This document shows positions 27,596 through 36,120 of a stretch of DNA of 64,000 bases, one piece after another. A program made the position numbers and the translations under genes. The stretch spans positions 320,001-384,000 of the forward strand of contig JAZDKJ010000006.1 of NCBI GenBank assembly GCA_043803105.1, given 5' to 3'. The notes beneath the pieces are model-generated. The model did not search any database. It saw only the letters and a program-made list of their open reading frames with translations, and was not told the origin of the DNA. The number at the start of each line of letters is the position of its first letter. The stretch's first letter is position 1. This stretch comes from Candidatus Woesearchaeota archaeon (GTDB lineage: Archaea > Nanobdellota > Nanobdellia > Woesearchaeales > JAZDKJ01).

Positions 27596-29011
27596 ATGAA
27601 AAAGAGGCATATTGTCTGGATCGTTCTTGTGATATTGATTATTTTTATTGGGCTTGCAAGGACTTCTCTGCACTCGCCTTCATTAACAATAGCAACGACT
27701 CGTTTGCCTGCTGTTGCAGGCTCATGGTATCCTGGGGACAGAAATACCTTGAATAAGACAGTGTCAGATTATCTCTCAAAGGCTGATAATCTGGGTCTGG
27801 GCACAGTCAAGGCGATTATTGTCCCTCATGCTGGTTATGAGTATTCAGGCCAGGTTGCAGCCTTTGCGTTCAAGCAGCTCGCCAATGATTATGATAACGT
27901 CATTGTTCTCGGCACCAGCCATCATTTTCCTCTTGTTGGCGCTTCAACAGTGAATTACACATATTACAACACTCCTCTCGGCAACCTCAAGGTCAATCAG
28001 ATTCCTGGCATACCTGTCAGGAATGATGTTGACAAGCCAGAGCATTCCATAGAGATGGAGCTTCCTTTCCTTCAAACTATCTTAGGCTCTTTTGAGCTCG
28101 CTCCAGTTATTGTCGGCCGAGTCCAACCTGTAGATTTTGTTAAGACTCTTGAAGCTAATATTGATGAGAGAGCTCTATTAGTTGTTAGTGTTGATATGTC
28201 ACATTATCATCCATATGAAGAAGCCCTCAAGCTTGATAACTCGACCATCAATAATATCCTTTCATTGAATGCAAATGATATTTTCAGCAATGAGATTGAT
28301 TCTCCCTGGGCAGTCTCCACTCTCTTATTGCTTGCAAAAGAAAATGGATGGACTCCTCATTTGGCTAAATATGCAAACAGCGGTGATGTGACAGGAGATA
28401 GAAGCAGCGTCGTCGGCTATTCTGCGATTGTGTTCACTGAACAAACTGGTTTCACAGAACAAGAGCACGCTTTCCTATTGGATTTGGCAAGGAAAACTCT
28501 TCAATCCAAGCTTGCAGGCGGGACCTTACAGACAGTTGATGAGTCAAAGCTTTCTCCTGCTTTGCTTAAAGAACAGGGGTGTTTTGTAACGCTGAATGAG
28601 AAAGGCCGTTTGCGCGGCTGCATTGGTCATATATTGCCGCAGGAAGCCCTGTACAAATGTGTCATGGACAACGCGTTGAACGCTGCCTTACATGATTCAA
28701 GGTTTAATCCTGTTGCAGAGGACGAACTAAAGGATATCCAGATAGAGATTTCTGTTCTTTCAATTCCGCAACAGCTTGACTTCTCAGGGCCTGAAGACTT
28801 GAAGAGCAGATTAGTTCCCTTGCGTGACGGTGTTGTCCTGGAATCAGGCTGGCAAGGTGCGACTTATCTACCGCAGGTCTGGGAAGACCTGCCTGATAAG
28901 GAAGAATTCCTGTCCTCCCTTTGCGAGAAGGGTGGCGCTGTTGCAGATTGCTGGAAGGATGACAGCACAAAGGTCTACACCTACCAAGCAGAGGTGTTTT
29001 CTGAAAAGTAG
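27596..29011 (+). CDS. amrB: AmmeMemoRadiSam protein B (MEMO1) - protein A (AMMECR1) fusion with an N-terminal TM/signal helix
   Basis: R.PAVAGSWYP, PHAGYEYSG, EHSIE..LPFLQ, D.SHY; then GCFVTL...LRGCIG, ATYLPQVW. Confidence 0.92.
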   Translation: MKKRHIVWIVLVILIIFIGLARTSLHSPSLTIATTRLPAVAGSWYPGDRNTLNKTVSDYLSKADNLGLGTVKAIIVPHAGYEYSGQVAAFAFKQLANDYDNVIVLGTSHHFPLVGASTVNYTYYNTPLGNLKVNQIPGIPVRNDVDKPEHSIEMELPFLQTILGSFELAPVIVGRVQPVDFVKTLEANIDERALLVVSVDMSHYHPYEEALKLDNSTINNILSLNANDIFSNEIDSPWAVSTLLLLAKENGWTPHLAKYANSGDVTGDRSSVVGYSAIVFTEQTGFTEQEHAFLLDLARKTLQSKLAGGTLQTVDESKLSPALLKEQGCFVTLNEKGRLRGCIGHILPQEALYKCVMDNALNAALHDSRFNPVAEDELKDIQIEISVLSIPQQLDFSGPEDLKSRLVPLRDGVVLESGWQGATYLPQVWEDLPDKEEFLSSLCEKGGAVADCWKDDSTKVYTYQAEVFSEK

Positions 29012-29016
29012 CCTGG

Positions 29017-29310
29017 TCAACTTCGCGCCACTTCAGCTAGCGAAGGATCTAATCTGCGTAAGGTTTGGTAAAAAACAGAGGCTTCCACTACCATTCTCTC
29101 CAGACGGGAGGTTCTGTTATTCCTGCCTTCTTTCTCAAAGATCTGCGTAATCTCGTCATATTCCCAGGGATTGATTGTCATTCCTCTTCTCTCTGCTCTT
29201 TCCTTCATACGCTCTATGTAGAAGTTCATCAAACCTTCAAATCCACGTTCGGCAAAATAGCGTGCATGCTTCAAATCCCGCCAATCCTTAAAATAGGTTG
29301 TGTCTGTCAT
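29017..29310 (-). CDS. Hypothetical protein
   Basis: 97-aa ORF with TTTATAAA upstream. Confidence 0.5.
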   Translation of the reverse strand: MTDTTYFKDWRDLKHARYFAERGFEGLMNFYIERMKERAERRGMTINPWEYDEITQIFEKEGRNNRTSRLERMVVEASVFYQTLRRLDPSLAEVARS

Positions 29311-29349
29311 ACTACAGGTTTTTCTTCAAAGATTTATAAAGATTTTGCC

Positions 29350-30042
29350 TCAGTACCTGAACACCCATAAGAGCAGGATTCCAAATTCAAACAAAAGTAT
29401 CATCGGTATCATGACAAGGATCTGTGTCACAATGTCGACCCCTGGAGTGATTATTGCTGCAAGTATGGTAATCGCTACGTAGATATATTTTCTCTGCGAG
29501 CTAAACCATTTTGAATTGGCTAGGTTGAGTTTCACAAAAGTCAGCATTATTAGCGGTATCTCAAATATGAGTGCTGTGCTGTAGATGGTAATGAAAAGGA
29601 AGTTTACCAGCGCGTTAAGGCTCCAGATATTTGCTATTCCTGCCGAAGGTGCAAACGGTGTGATATATTTCATTGTCAGGGGCATGAACAGGAAGTATGC
29701 AAAGGCAAGCCCTGCAAAGTAAAGCACGATAAAGACCGGGATTATGCTGCGCAAAATTTTGTTTTTTTGGATTGCAGGCTTGACAAATTGCATCAGCTCA
29801 TAGACCATTAACGGTGTCGCCACAATGATGCCCAAGTACAGACCTATCTTCAATTGCACAATAAAATACTCTATAGGTGTGAGTACTATCAAGCTGGCTC
29901 CTGCACCCACAAATTTTCTTCTAAGCTCTGCAAGAATTGGTTGTGTCAGCAAAACTCCGGCAATAAAACAAGCTCCCAGAAAAACAATTACAACAATTAT
30001 TCGTGTCCGAAGCTCTTCAAGGTGCTCTATCAGGGGCTTCAA
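29350..30042 (-). CDS. tatC: Twin-arginine translocase subunit TatC
   Basis: PLIEHLEELRTR, LTP.E, FVKPA, FEIPL, RKY...AAIITP..D..TQ...P..LLFE. Confidence 0.95.
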   Translation of the reverse strand: MKPLIEHLEELRTRIIVVIVFLGACFIAGVLLTQPILAELRRKFVGAGASLIVLTPIEYFIVQLKIGLYLGIIVATPLMVYELMQFVKPAIQKNKILRSIIPVFIVLYFAGLAFAYFLFMPLTMKYITPFAPSAGIANIWSLNALVNFLFITIYSTALIFEIPLIMLTFVKLNLANSKWFSSQRKYIYVAITILAAIITPGVDIVTQILVMIPMILLFEFGILLLWVFRY

Positions 30043-30052
30043 TAATGCCCAC

Positions 30053-30226
30053 CTACCCTTTCAGCTCCTTGGAACTCTTTTTTGGTTTATCCTCAGAATT
30101 GACTGTCTTGCGGTACTCTTTCACAGACTGTCCTATTGCCCTCGCAAGCTCCGGAAGCCTTTTGGGTCCAAATAGGATGAGCACCACGATAAGAATCAGC
30201 AGCACCTCAGTCATCCCAACGGCCAT
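30053..30226 (-). CDS. tatA: Twin-arginine translocase subunit TatA
   Basis: MAVGMTEVLLILIVVLILFGPKRLPELARAIGQSVKEYRK (57 aa; not in the ORF track); GGGTGA ribosome-binding site. Confidence 0.95.
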   Translation of the reverse strand: MAVGMTEVLLILIVVLILFGPKRLPELARAIGQSVKEYRKTVNSEDKPKKSSKELKG

Positions 30227-30272
30227 CAAATCACCCTATCAACAAGACATACAGTTGGGATATAAATGTTTC

Positions 30273-30787
30273 GATTAGTCTGGCTCTGTGTAAATAGTGG
30301 TTTATGTGTAAAAAGTATTAAATACGACTTAACAACAGGGGTATTATGAATGAAAACAAAATAGTAATTGTAATAAATAAGTCTATTAAAGAGGTATTTG
30401 AATTTACCACTAATCCAAAAAATACACATCTATGGATTCCTCAAATTAAAGAAGAGTTATCAGATAAGTATCCTCCAGAAATTCATACAATTTATAAGAA
30501 TCGTGGGAGTTCAGGAAAGTGGAATTATTATACAGTTATAGAATTTGACAAAGATAAAATTTTTACATTAAAATCCTCAGATTATAATTATTTTGTGCGA
30601 TACACATATGAAAAATTAAGCGAAACAAAGACTGAAATGGAGTATTTTGAGTGGGTTAAGGAAGGAAAAATAAAAAACCCATTTACGCAGGAAATTTTGC
30701 AAGGTTTAAAAGAAATTATGGAAAAATAAAATTCTGTGTAAAAAGTAACCTCAGATTAGGACTATATACGCAAAGCAGATTAGTCTG
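30273..30787. repeat. 10-bp direct repeat GATTAGTCTG at 30273-30282 and 30778-30787 flanking the AT-rich SRPBCC gene
   Basis: Exact match read from the sequence. Confidence 0.55.
30346..30729 (+). CDS. SRPBCC/START-like protein
   Basis: IVINKSIKEVFEFTTNPKNTHLW; markedly AT-rich. Confidence 0.8.
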   Translation: MNENKIVIVINKSIKEVFEFTTNPKNTHLWIPQIKEELSDKYPPEIHTIYKNRGSSGKWNYYTVIEFDKDKIFTLKSSDYNYFVRYTYEKLSETKTEMEYFEWVKEGKIKNPFTQEILQGLKEIMEK

Positions 30788-31328
30788 TGCCTAACGCTAT
30801 ATACAAAGCCTTGACATTTGGCGACCTGCGCCCAATGTAATTTTTTGCTATCTCAGCCAAAAGGTATATGTCAGGATAAAACCAGAGCCCATTCGTGGGT
30901 AGCAAGCCCTTCTTGTGCGCTCCCGTCAGTCTATCTGTGAATATGTAATGAAAGAATTGAAGCCCGTCAAATGCTGGCACAAATCTTGTCTCAGCACCCA
31001 TAAACATTGCCTTTTCAGAATCAACTATCCGGTCGTCCAATCCAATTTGGAAATTTGTCTGGATTTCGCTGGTTATGTAACAGCCTTCTTTAATTGTGTC
31101 GCGTCCAAGATGATTTGTGGATGCAACGATTTGGTCACCGTCACCCCTCAAATATGTTTCTGTCCTTATCCATGCCATGTCTTTAGGTTTGAGCGTGCCG
31201 AAAAGTTCCAAGTAATATGGCACTTCACTCCTGATTGGACTGGAAAAATCAAGCAACCGTGCAAGGCTATCCACAGTCTGGTGAAATCCTTTGGTGTCGC
31301 GAAGAAAATCTTTGGGCTCCATAGACAT
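30780..31328 (-). CDS. Hypothetical protein
   Basis: 182-aa ORF with TTTAAAAA upstream. Confidence 0.55.
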   Translation of the reverse strand: MSMEPKDFLRDTKGFHQTVDSLARLLDFSSPIRSEVPYYLELFGTLKPKDMAWIRTETYLRGDGDQIVASTNHLGRDTIKEGCYITSEIQTNFQIGLDDRIVDSEKAMFMGAETRFVPAFDGLQFFHYIFTDRLTGAHKKGLLPTNGLWFYPDIYLLAEIAKNYIGRRSPNVKALYIALGTD

Positions 31329-31355
31329 GCTGGTTCTGCAGCCCTTTTTAAAGCT

Positions 31356-31529
31356 TTATAGAAGGCCCTTCTCTTCCAGTTCTTTCTTCTTAACCTTTCT
31401 CCTGTATGCTGCGTATTTGTCGTCAGGAGAAAACCTTGCTGGTCTTGGAGAGACTGCCTTTCCTCCGCAGCTGCATTTCTCCTTCAATGTGTATTTGCCG
31501 CACTTCTGGCACTTTAGAATATGGAGCAT
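31356..31529 (-). CDS. nop10: H/ACA RNP protein Nop10
   Basis: ILKCQKCGKYTLKEKCSCGG....PARFSPDDKY. Confidence 0.95.
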   Translation of the reverse strand: MLHILKCQKCGKYTLKEKCSCGGKAVSPRPARFSPDDKYAAYRRKVKKKELEEKGLL

Positions 31530-31530
31530 C

Positions 31531-32307
31531 TTATTGTTCTTGCCTGATAAATGATCCTTCGCTCTTGTTGGCCTGCATGTACTCAATTGCCTTTTCGCTT
31601 GATTCCTTGAGCAGCTCTTCAGCATCTGGATAATCTTCTGCCGTGACGCTCAGATGATATTTTCCACCGCCTAGGTATATGATCTTGATGTTCTCGTTGA
31701 TTAATGACTTCCTTATTGCATCCCTGACTATCTCTACTCCATTTGGTTCATAACTCATCAATACCAAGTCTCCGTGAATCGTGACCTCGCTTGGCTTAAT
31801 CCTGTCAACTATCTCTTTTGTTAGCACTTCTGCAACTTTTTTTTCTATTCCCAGGTTCTCGAGCGATTCGCTTCCTTCAGCAACTGCTTGGAAAGCATAA
31901 TGTAGCATAGGATACTTCTTTGCAGTCTTCTGGAACACTTCCTTGTAGAGTTCAGATAATTCTTTGTTCACCTCTTTGGCCAGGTACTCTAATATTTTTT
32001 CTGCCTTCTGCTCCTGCTTCATCTCCTCAACCTTTGACCTTCGCTGCACCTCAGAGACCCTTCGAAGCGAGAGGTCTATCTGTCCCCTTTCCCTATTGAC
32101 TCTTAGCACTTTGCAGACAACAACCTTGCCTTCCTTCACAAAATCCCTGATGTTTCTTATCCTTCCAGGGCTTATCTCAGAGATGTGTATCATTCCCTGC
32201 TTTTGGAATTCGTCCAGATTGACAAAAACAGAATTAAACTGCACTTTTGCCACAGTGCACATCACAAGCTCGTTCTCTTCCGGATAACCTTCCTTTTTGA
32301 AAAGCAT
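31531..32307 (-). CDS. eif2a: Translation initiation factor aIF2 alpha
   Basis: YPEENELV, GMIHISEI, IRNIRDFV, IDLSLRRV. Confidence 0.96.
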   Translation of the reverse strand: MLFKKEGYPEENELVMCTVAKVQFNSVFVNLDEFQKQGMIHISEISPGRIRNIRDFVKEGKVVVCKVLRVNRERGQIDLSLRRVSEVQRRSKVEEMKQEQKAEKILEYLAKEVNKELSELYKEVFQKTAKKYPMLHYAFQAVAEGSESLENLGIEKKVAEVLTKEIVDRIKPSEVTIHGDLVLMSYEPNGVEIVRDAIRKSLINENIKIIYLGGGKYHLSVTAEDYPDAEELLKESSEKAIEYMQANKSEGSFIRQEQ

Positions 32308-32493
32308 TTATTCTAGTACCTCAAGGATCCTTGCCTTGACCTTTGATTTTCCGCCTGATGGTTCTGAGAGTACCTTTCCGCAGACCAGGCACTTTACTAT
32401 TGTTGATGCCTTCCCGAACACAATCTGCTCGTTCTTGCACTTTGGGCATCTTACTTTGATAAACTTGCTTTCCGGCTCTTGTATCATTTCCAT
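32308..32493 (-). CDS. rps27e: 30S ribosomal protein S27e
   Basis: SKFIKVRCPKCKNEQIVF...CLVCG..L..PSGGK. Confidence 0.96.
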   Translation of the reverse strand: MEMIQEPESKFIKVRCPKCKNEQIVFGKASTIVKCLVCGKVLSEPSGGKSKVKARILEVLE

Positions 32494-32801
32494 TATTTGA
32501 ACTCCACCTTCTTGGTTCTGATGTTTTTCCTTTGAACATGAGTCTTCTTGCACTCCTTGCACTCAAGCCTGAAGTCAGTCTTCTTGCTCTGCTTCTTTCC
32601 AGTCATCTTGAATTGTGATATGGCTGGCTTTGAATACCTGCCCATGTTACCCATTCCTCGCGATGCACCCCTCCTTCTTGCCCTTACTTTAGATCCATAG
32701 CTAAGAGTGCTTGCAGCCCTTTTCTTTGTCTGCGTAAGCTTGTGCTCAGTGTGCTTCTTGCAAAATGGGCAGTATCTCTTGACTGCTTTTGGTACTTTCA
32801 T
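32493..32801 (-). CDS. rpl44e: 50S ribosomal protein L44e
   Basis: MKVPK...RYCPFCKKHTEH...KK.DFRLECKECKK. Confidence 0.96.
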   Translation of the reverse strand: MKVPKAVKRYCPFCKKHTEHKLTQTKKRAASTLSYGSKVRARRRGASRGMGNMGRYSKPAISQFKMTGKKQSKKTDFRLECKECKKTHVQRKNIRTKKVEFK

Positions 32802-32838
32802 AAGCTCTGAGGATTCGAGGGCGCTTTATAAATGTTTC
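32795..32838 (-). promoter_or_regulatory. rpl44e promoter and start codon (copy 1 of a 44-bp direct repeat)
   Basis: GAAACATTTATAAA (BRE/TATA) through ATGAAAG; 39/44 identical to 33846-33889. Confidence 0.8.
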
Positions 32839-32863
32839 TGCCCACATTGGAGAGTTTATTTTA

Positions 32864-33257
32864 CCGGTCTGGAACATGCCATTGTAGCATACCCTTAACG
32901 TATCTTATGAATTTGCGACAGTCAATACGAAGGATGACAATTTGGTTGATGAATTATTTTTTAAGGGCTAATGGAATCCCTGCCACCACATATAATAGGG
33001 ATATGGAAAACTTTATTGTTCTGCGAAGACTTTTATCAGAAATTTTTGGAAAGGACATTTATGCTTCTCCAACAGAAATGGGGATAAACTTCATTAAGGA
33101 AAGTATAACGGATGACAATACAGTAAGGCAGGCCTCGCTCGAAGAAATTAAGAGAAGGTTTTGCATTTACAGGGAGAGGTCTGGATTGGGTAAAAAGGAC
33201 TATGAGCACTTCCTGTGGGCAAAGGAATTGGTGGCCAAACACAAGCTCGCTTTGTGA
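32864..33257 (+). pseudogene. DUF1846-family gene fragment with an in-frame TAG and a frameshift
   Basis: PVWNMPL*HTLNVSYEFATV..DDNLVD in one frame, then TTYNRD...YASPTEMGIN...ITDD..V..AS..EI.RR in another. Matches the remembered family pattern PIWNLPLKHPVN.AYEAAT...VNYNRD...SPTDMGVN. Confidence 0.7.
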
Positions 33258-33303
33258 TACTTACAGAACATTATTTAAGTAGGTATATTCTGTTTTTGAT
33301 CAG

Positions 33304-33762
33304 ATGAGAAGAATACAGGTTGAATGCATTGCATTCAGGAAAAAGTCGGGAGTTTATGAGTTTCTTCTGCTTAAAAGGATTCCAAAGAAGGGAGGATTCT
33401 GGCAACCACCCGGCGGCGGGTTTGAGGAAGGGGATGCAACAATCTTGGATGCAGCGTACAGAGAACTTTGGGAGGAGACTGGTATCACAAAAGAAAAAGT
33501 CATGCGCATAATCAAGGATGTTCACAAGTTTGAAGTTAAGAAGCATTACCTCACTGGGGCAACAATCCCAACCATTACTGAACATGTTTATGGATTTGAA
33601 GTACGTAAAGATATTAGAATCTCAATAGACAGCGACACGGAAAAGGAACATGTTACATTTCGATGGGCAACCCTGGAACAAGCCCTTAACCTTCTAAAGT
33701 GGGAAAATAACAAAACAGCATTCAAGAAACTTTATGATATCCTGAACGCTGAGACTTCGTGA
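33304..33762 (+). CDS. NUDIX hydrolase
   Basis: FLLLKR....GFWQPPGGG.E......AAYRELWEETG, EH..FRW. Confidence 0.92.
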   Translation: MRRIQVECIAFRKKSGVYEFLLLKRIPKKGGFWQPPGGGFEEGDATILDAAYRELWEETGITKEKVMRIIKDVHKFEVKKHYLTGATIPTITEHVYGFEVRKDIRISIDSDTEKEHVTFRWATLEQALNLLKWENNKTAFKKLYDILNAETS

Positions 33763-33845
33763 AGATATTAATCAGGAAGAATATCAGAAGCCCCAAAAAG
33801 ATAGTCTTGTTACAATAATCAGGGCATCGCTTTCTGAAAAAGCTG

Positions 33846-33889
33846 CTTTCATAGGTTCTGAGGATTCGAGGATGGTTTATAAATGTTTC
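33846..33889 (-). repeat. Duplicate of the rpl44e promoter and start (copy 2)
   Basis: 39/44 identity to 32795-32838; precedes only a 22-codon ORF. Confidence 0.8.
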
Positions 33890-33994
33890 CTCCCTAGTTT
33901 TCACAGTCAATTCCATCACTCAGGCAATTATTTATAACTGTTAAGTAGTTACAAAACCGTTAAATTTATATATTAGTTATTGTTACCACTTCTT

Positions 33995-34477
33995 ATGGCA
34001 CCAAAAATCTCACGCAGGGATTTTCTAAAAAATATAGTGAAAGCTGCGGTAGTAGTTCCACCTTCTTATGTAATTGGTACTAGCGTTGCTCATGCAGCCA
34101 GCAAAAAGCCACTCTTTGAAGGTACGATAGAAGGAAAGCTTGTCTCATACTACACTGGAACTACTGGTTGGATCTCAAACGACCCTGACAGGATGGAAAT
34201 CCGCAGCAACGATTTGCATGAGATTATCGAAGATTATGATAGGAACGAGAACATTGGCGACCACCCTGACGACAAGCTGACTGTCAATAATTGTAACGGC
34301 AAATTCACTTACACAAAGAATTTTATGATTGACAACCAGGGCAACAAGTATGCTGACGAAGGCATGATTGGATCAAAGGTTATGTGCGAGGCAAGGCGCA
34401 AGCTTTGCGATGCAAACAATGAGTACAGGCACCTAAAGTGTGTCATCGCCCAGATTATTGCAGACCGCGTTCGTTAG
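33995..34477 (+). CDS. Hypothetical protein with a twin-arginine signal peptide
   Basis: MAPKISRRDFLK...VAHA. Confidence 0.7.
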   Translation: MAPKISRRDFLKNIVKAAVVVPPSYVIGTSVAHAASKKPLFEGTIEGKLVSYYTGTTGWISNDPDRMEIRSNDLHEIIEDYDRNENIGDHPDDKLTVNNCNGKFTYTKNFMIDNQGNKYADEGMIGSKVMCEARRKLCDANNEYRHLKCVIAQIIADRVR

Positions 34478-34764
34478 TGACGAATTCTTTCTTATAAAAT
34501 TTTTAGCCAATCTTACGCTCGCATGATTGGCATTTTCATCAAGATGCTGGTTTCTAGTCAAATCTGAGAATAGTTATAAGCTTTAAAAAAAGGTAGATAA
34601 TTGCTTTGGAATATAAATGAGGGATAATATGGCTAGATGAGACCTTAAGGGAAAAAACGTTACAGAATATCTTGGAAATATTCCACCAGCAATTCTGGAT
34701 AGTAAAATTGGAATGGAAGATTATATCTTTTGAAGACAGCAACAATATTTCAATATGAAATTGC

Positions 34765-35220
34765 CTATTCCATGCCTTGTTCTTTTGTAGGCGCAAGTAT
34801 CTTGTATTTGAAAACATTTTCTATAATTCCTTTCTGCTTTACCACTGCGTTAAAGGTAACGGCAAGTTTTTCGTCGCAAACAGACGCGCACAGGTCACTC
34901 AATTCTGCTTTTAGGTTTACTCTTAATCCACGAGACAGCTCCAAATCAGGTTCAGGTTTCAGTAATATTCTGATTCTGTCAAATGTTGAATCATATGATA
35001 CATCTGCCTGCACTGTAGCATCAACACCGGCAGTTTCCATGGTCCCGATATATCCAGAGTTATTCAGCTGTACAATACCATCAACAACCTGTTTCAAATC
35101 TTTCAAGGAATATGGTTCAAAAGAATCTGTTTCAAATCTTGGAGCAATTTTTATGGTCGCCATAAGAATGATAATCGCCTTACCTCTTAAAAAGCTTTCC
35201 CTTACTTGCTTTGTGTTCAT
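34765..35220 (-). CDS. Hypothetical protein
   Basis: 151-aa ORF; chosen over the opposite-strand ORF because of its composition. Confidence 0.5.
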   Translation of the reverse strand: MNTKQVRESFLRGKAIIILMATIKIAPRFETDSFEPYSLKDLKQVVDGIVQLNNSGYIGTMETAGVDATVQADVSYDSTFDRIRILLKPEPDLELSRGLRVNLKAELSDLCASVCDEKLAVTFNAVVKQKGIIENVFKYKILAPTKEQGME

Positions 35221-35320
35221 TCATGCCAAGAATTCGGATGTTCCGAAAACAACGGATTATGATCCCTTCCGGTTGAAACCAGTTATAAATGTTATGCTTC
35301 CAGCTTTTTTTCCCGAAGTC

Positions 35321-35464
35321 TCATCCAGGATAACGATACAAGAACATCGCAGCGGTTATGACCATCACCGGAATTAGTATCCATAAAGTGACCCTAAAGG
35401 CAATCAGCCATATTACTGCGAATAGCATAATATATCTTGCCACAATGAACGCTTCTTTTTTCAT
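35321..35464 (-). CDS. 47-aa membrane microprotein
   Basis: MKKEAFIVARYIMLFAVIWLIAFRVTLWILIPVMVITAAMFLYRYPG; ATGA-coupled to the GINS stop codon. Confidence 0.55.
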   Translation of the reverse strand: MKKEAFIVARYIMLFAVIWLIAFRVTLWILIPVMVITAAMFLYRYPG

Positions 35465-36039
35465 TCCATCGCCTGCGCCCTGCCTTTTGTAATTAGGACA
35501 TCTGCTATGGCAGTCGGCAGGTTTGCAACATCCTCTTCTTCGAATGGGCCATAGACCTCTAGTTGTTCTCCAACGAATTTTGGCACAGGTGTGAGAAAGC
35601 GCACAAGCCTTGTCTCCTTCCTTATTTCTTCTTCAGGCTTTGCCTGATAGCCTTCCAGAAGAGGTTTCAGTATTGTTTCCCTGGACTTGTCAAGGAGACC
35701 GACCATCTGGTCGAAGAATTCTTTTTCATGTTTTAACAGCGCTGAGGTGTCGATGATGCTCGAGCCAGTCCTTGACTTGTTTACAGCAAGTGATATTATC
35801 TTTCTCTCCCTTAGCTCGTAGAGCTGCCTTGTCAGGCCTTTGACTTGTTCGAGCAGGTTCTTGTCCCTGTCGCTCACGAACATTCCTCCCTGCGAGAGCA
35901 CAATCTGTTTTTCATTGATGTATTTTGCCAGGTCATCAAGAAATGTGCTGCTTAAAGTTTGGAGCTCTTCCCTGTTCTTCTCAAGCCTTCTTAGCTCGAA
36001 GAGAGTCTCATATGTGATTGTTATCTCTGGATCTTGCAT
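35461..36039 (-). CDS. GINS complex subunit (Gins15/51-type)
   Basis: EK...ELQ.L...F, RERKII..A, E.EFF, C-terminal B domain VRFL..VPKFVG..L.VYGPF...DVANLP..A..LI..G.A. Confidence 0.88.
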   Translation of the reverse strand: MQDPEITITYETLFELRRLEKNREELQTLSSTFLDDLAKYINEKQIVLSQGGMFVSDRDKNLLEQVKGLTRQLYELRERKIISLAVNKSRTGSSIIDTSALLKHEKEFFDQMVGLLDKSRETILKPLLEGYQAKPEEEIRKETRLVRFLTPVPKFVGEQLEVYGPFEEEDVANLPTAIADVLITKGRAQAME

Positions 36040-36120
36040 GTTCCCCCTGCCTTTTCGAAACCTGTTTTGTATTTAATGATTTCGGAAATCTTTAATAACC
36101 TTCAGCTCTTCTGCCAGTTA

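Noticed and set aside
34730-35377. 215-aa plus-strand ORF
   Set aside because: Ser/Phe-rich antisense shadow of the 34765-35220 gene
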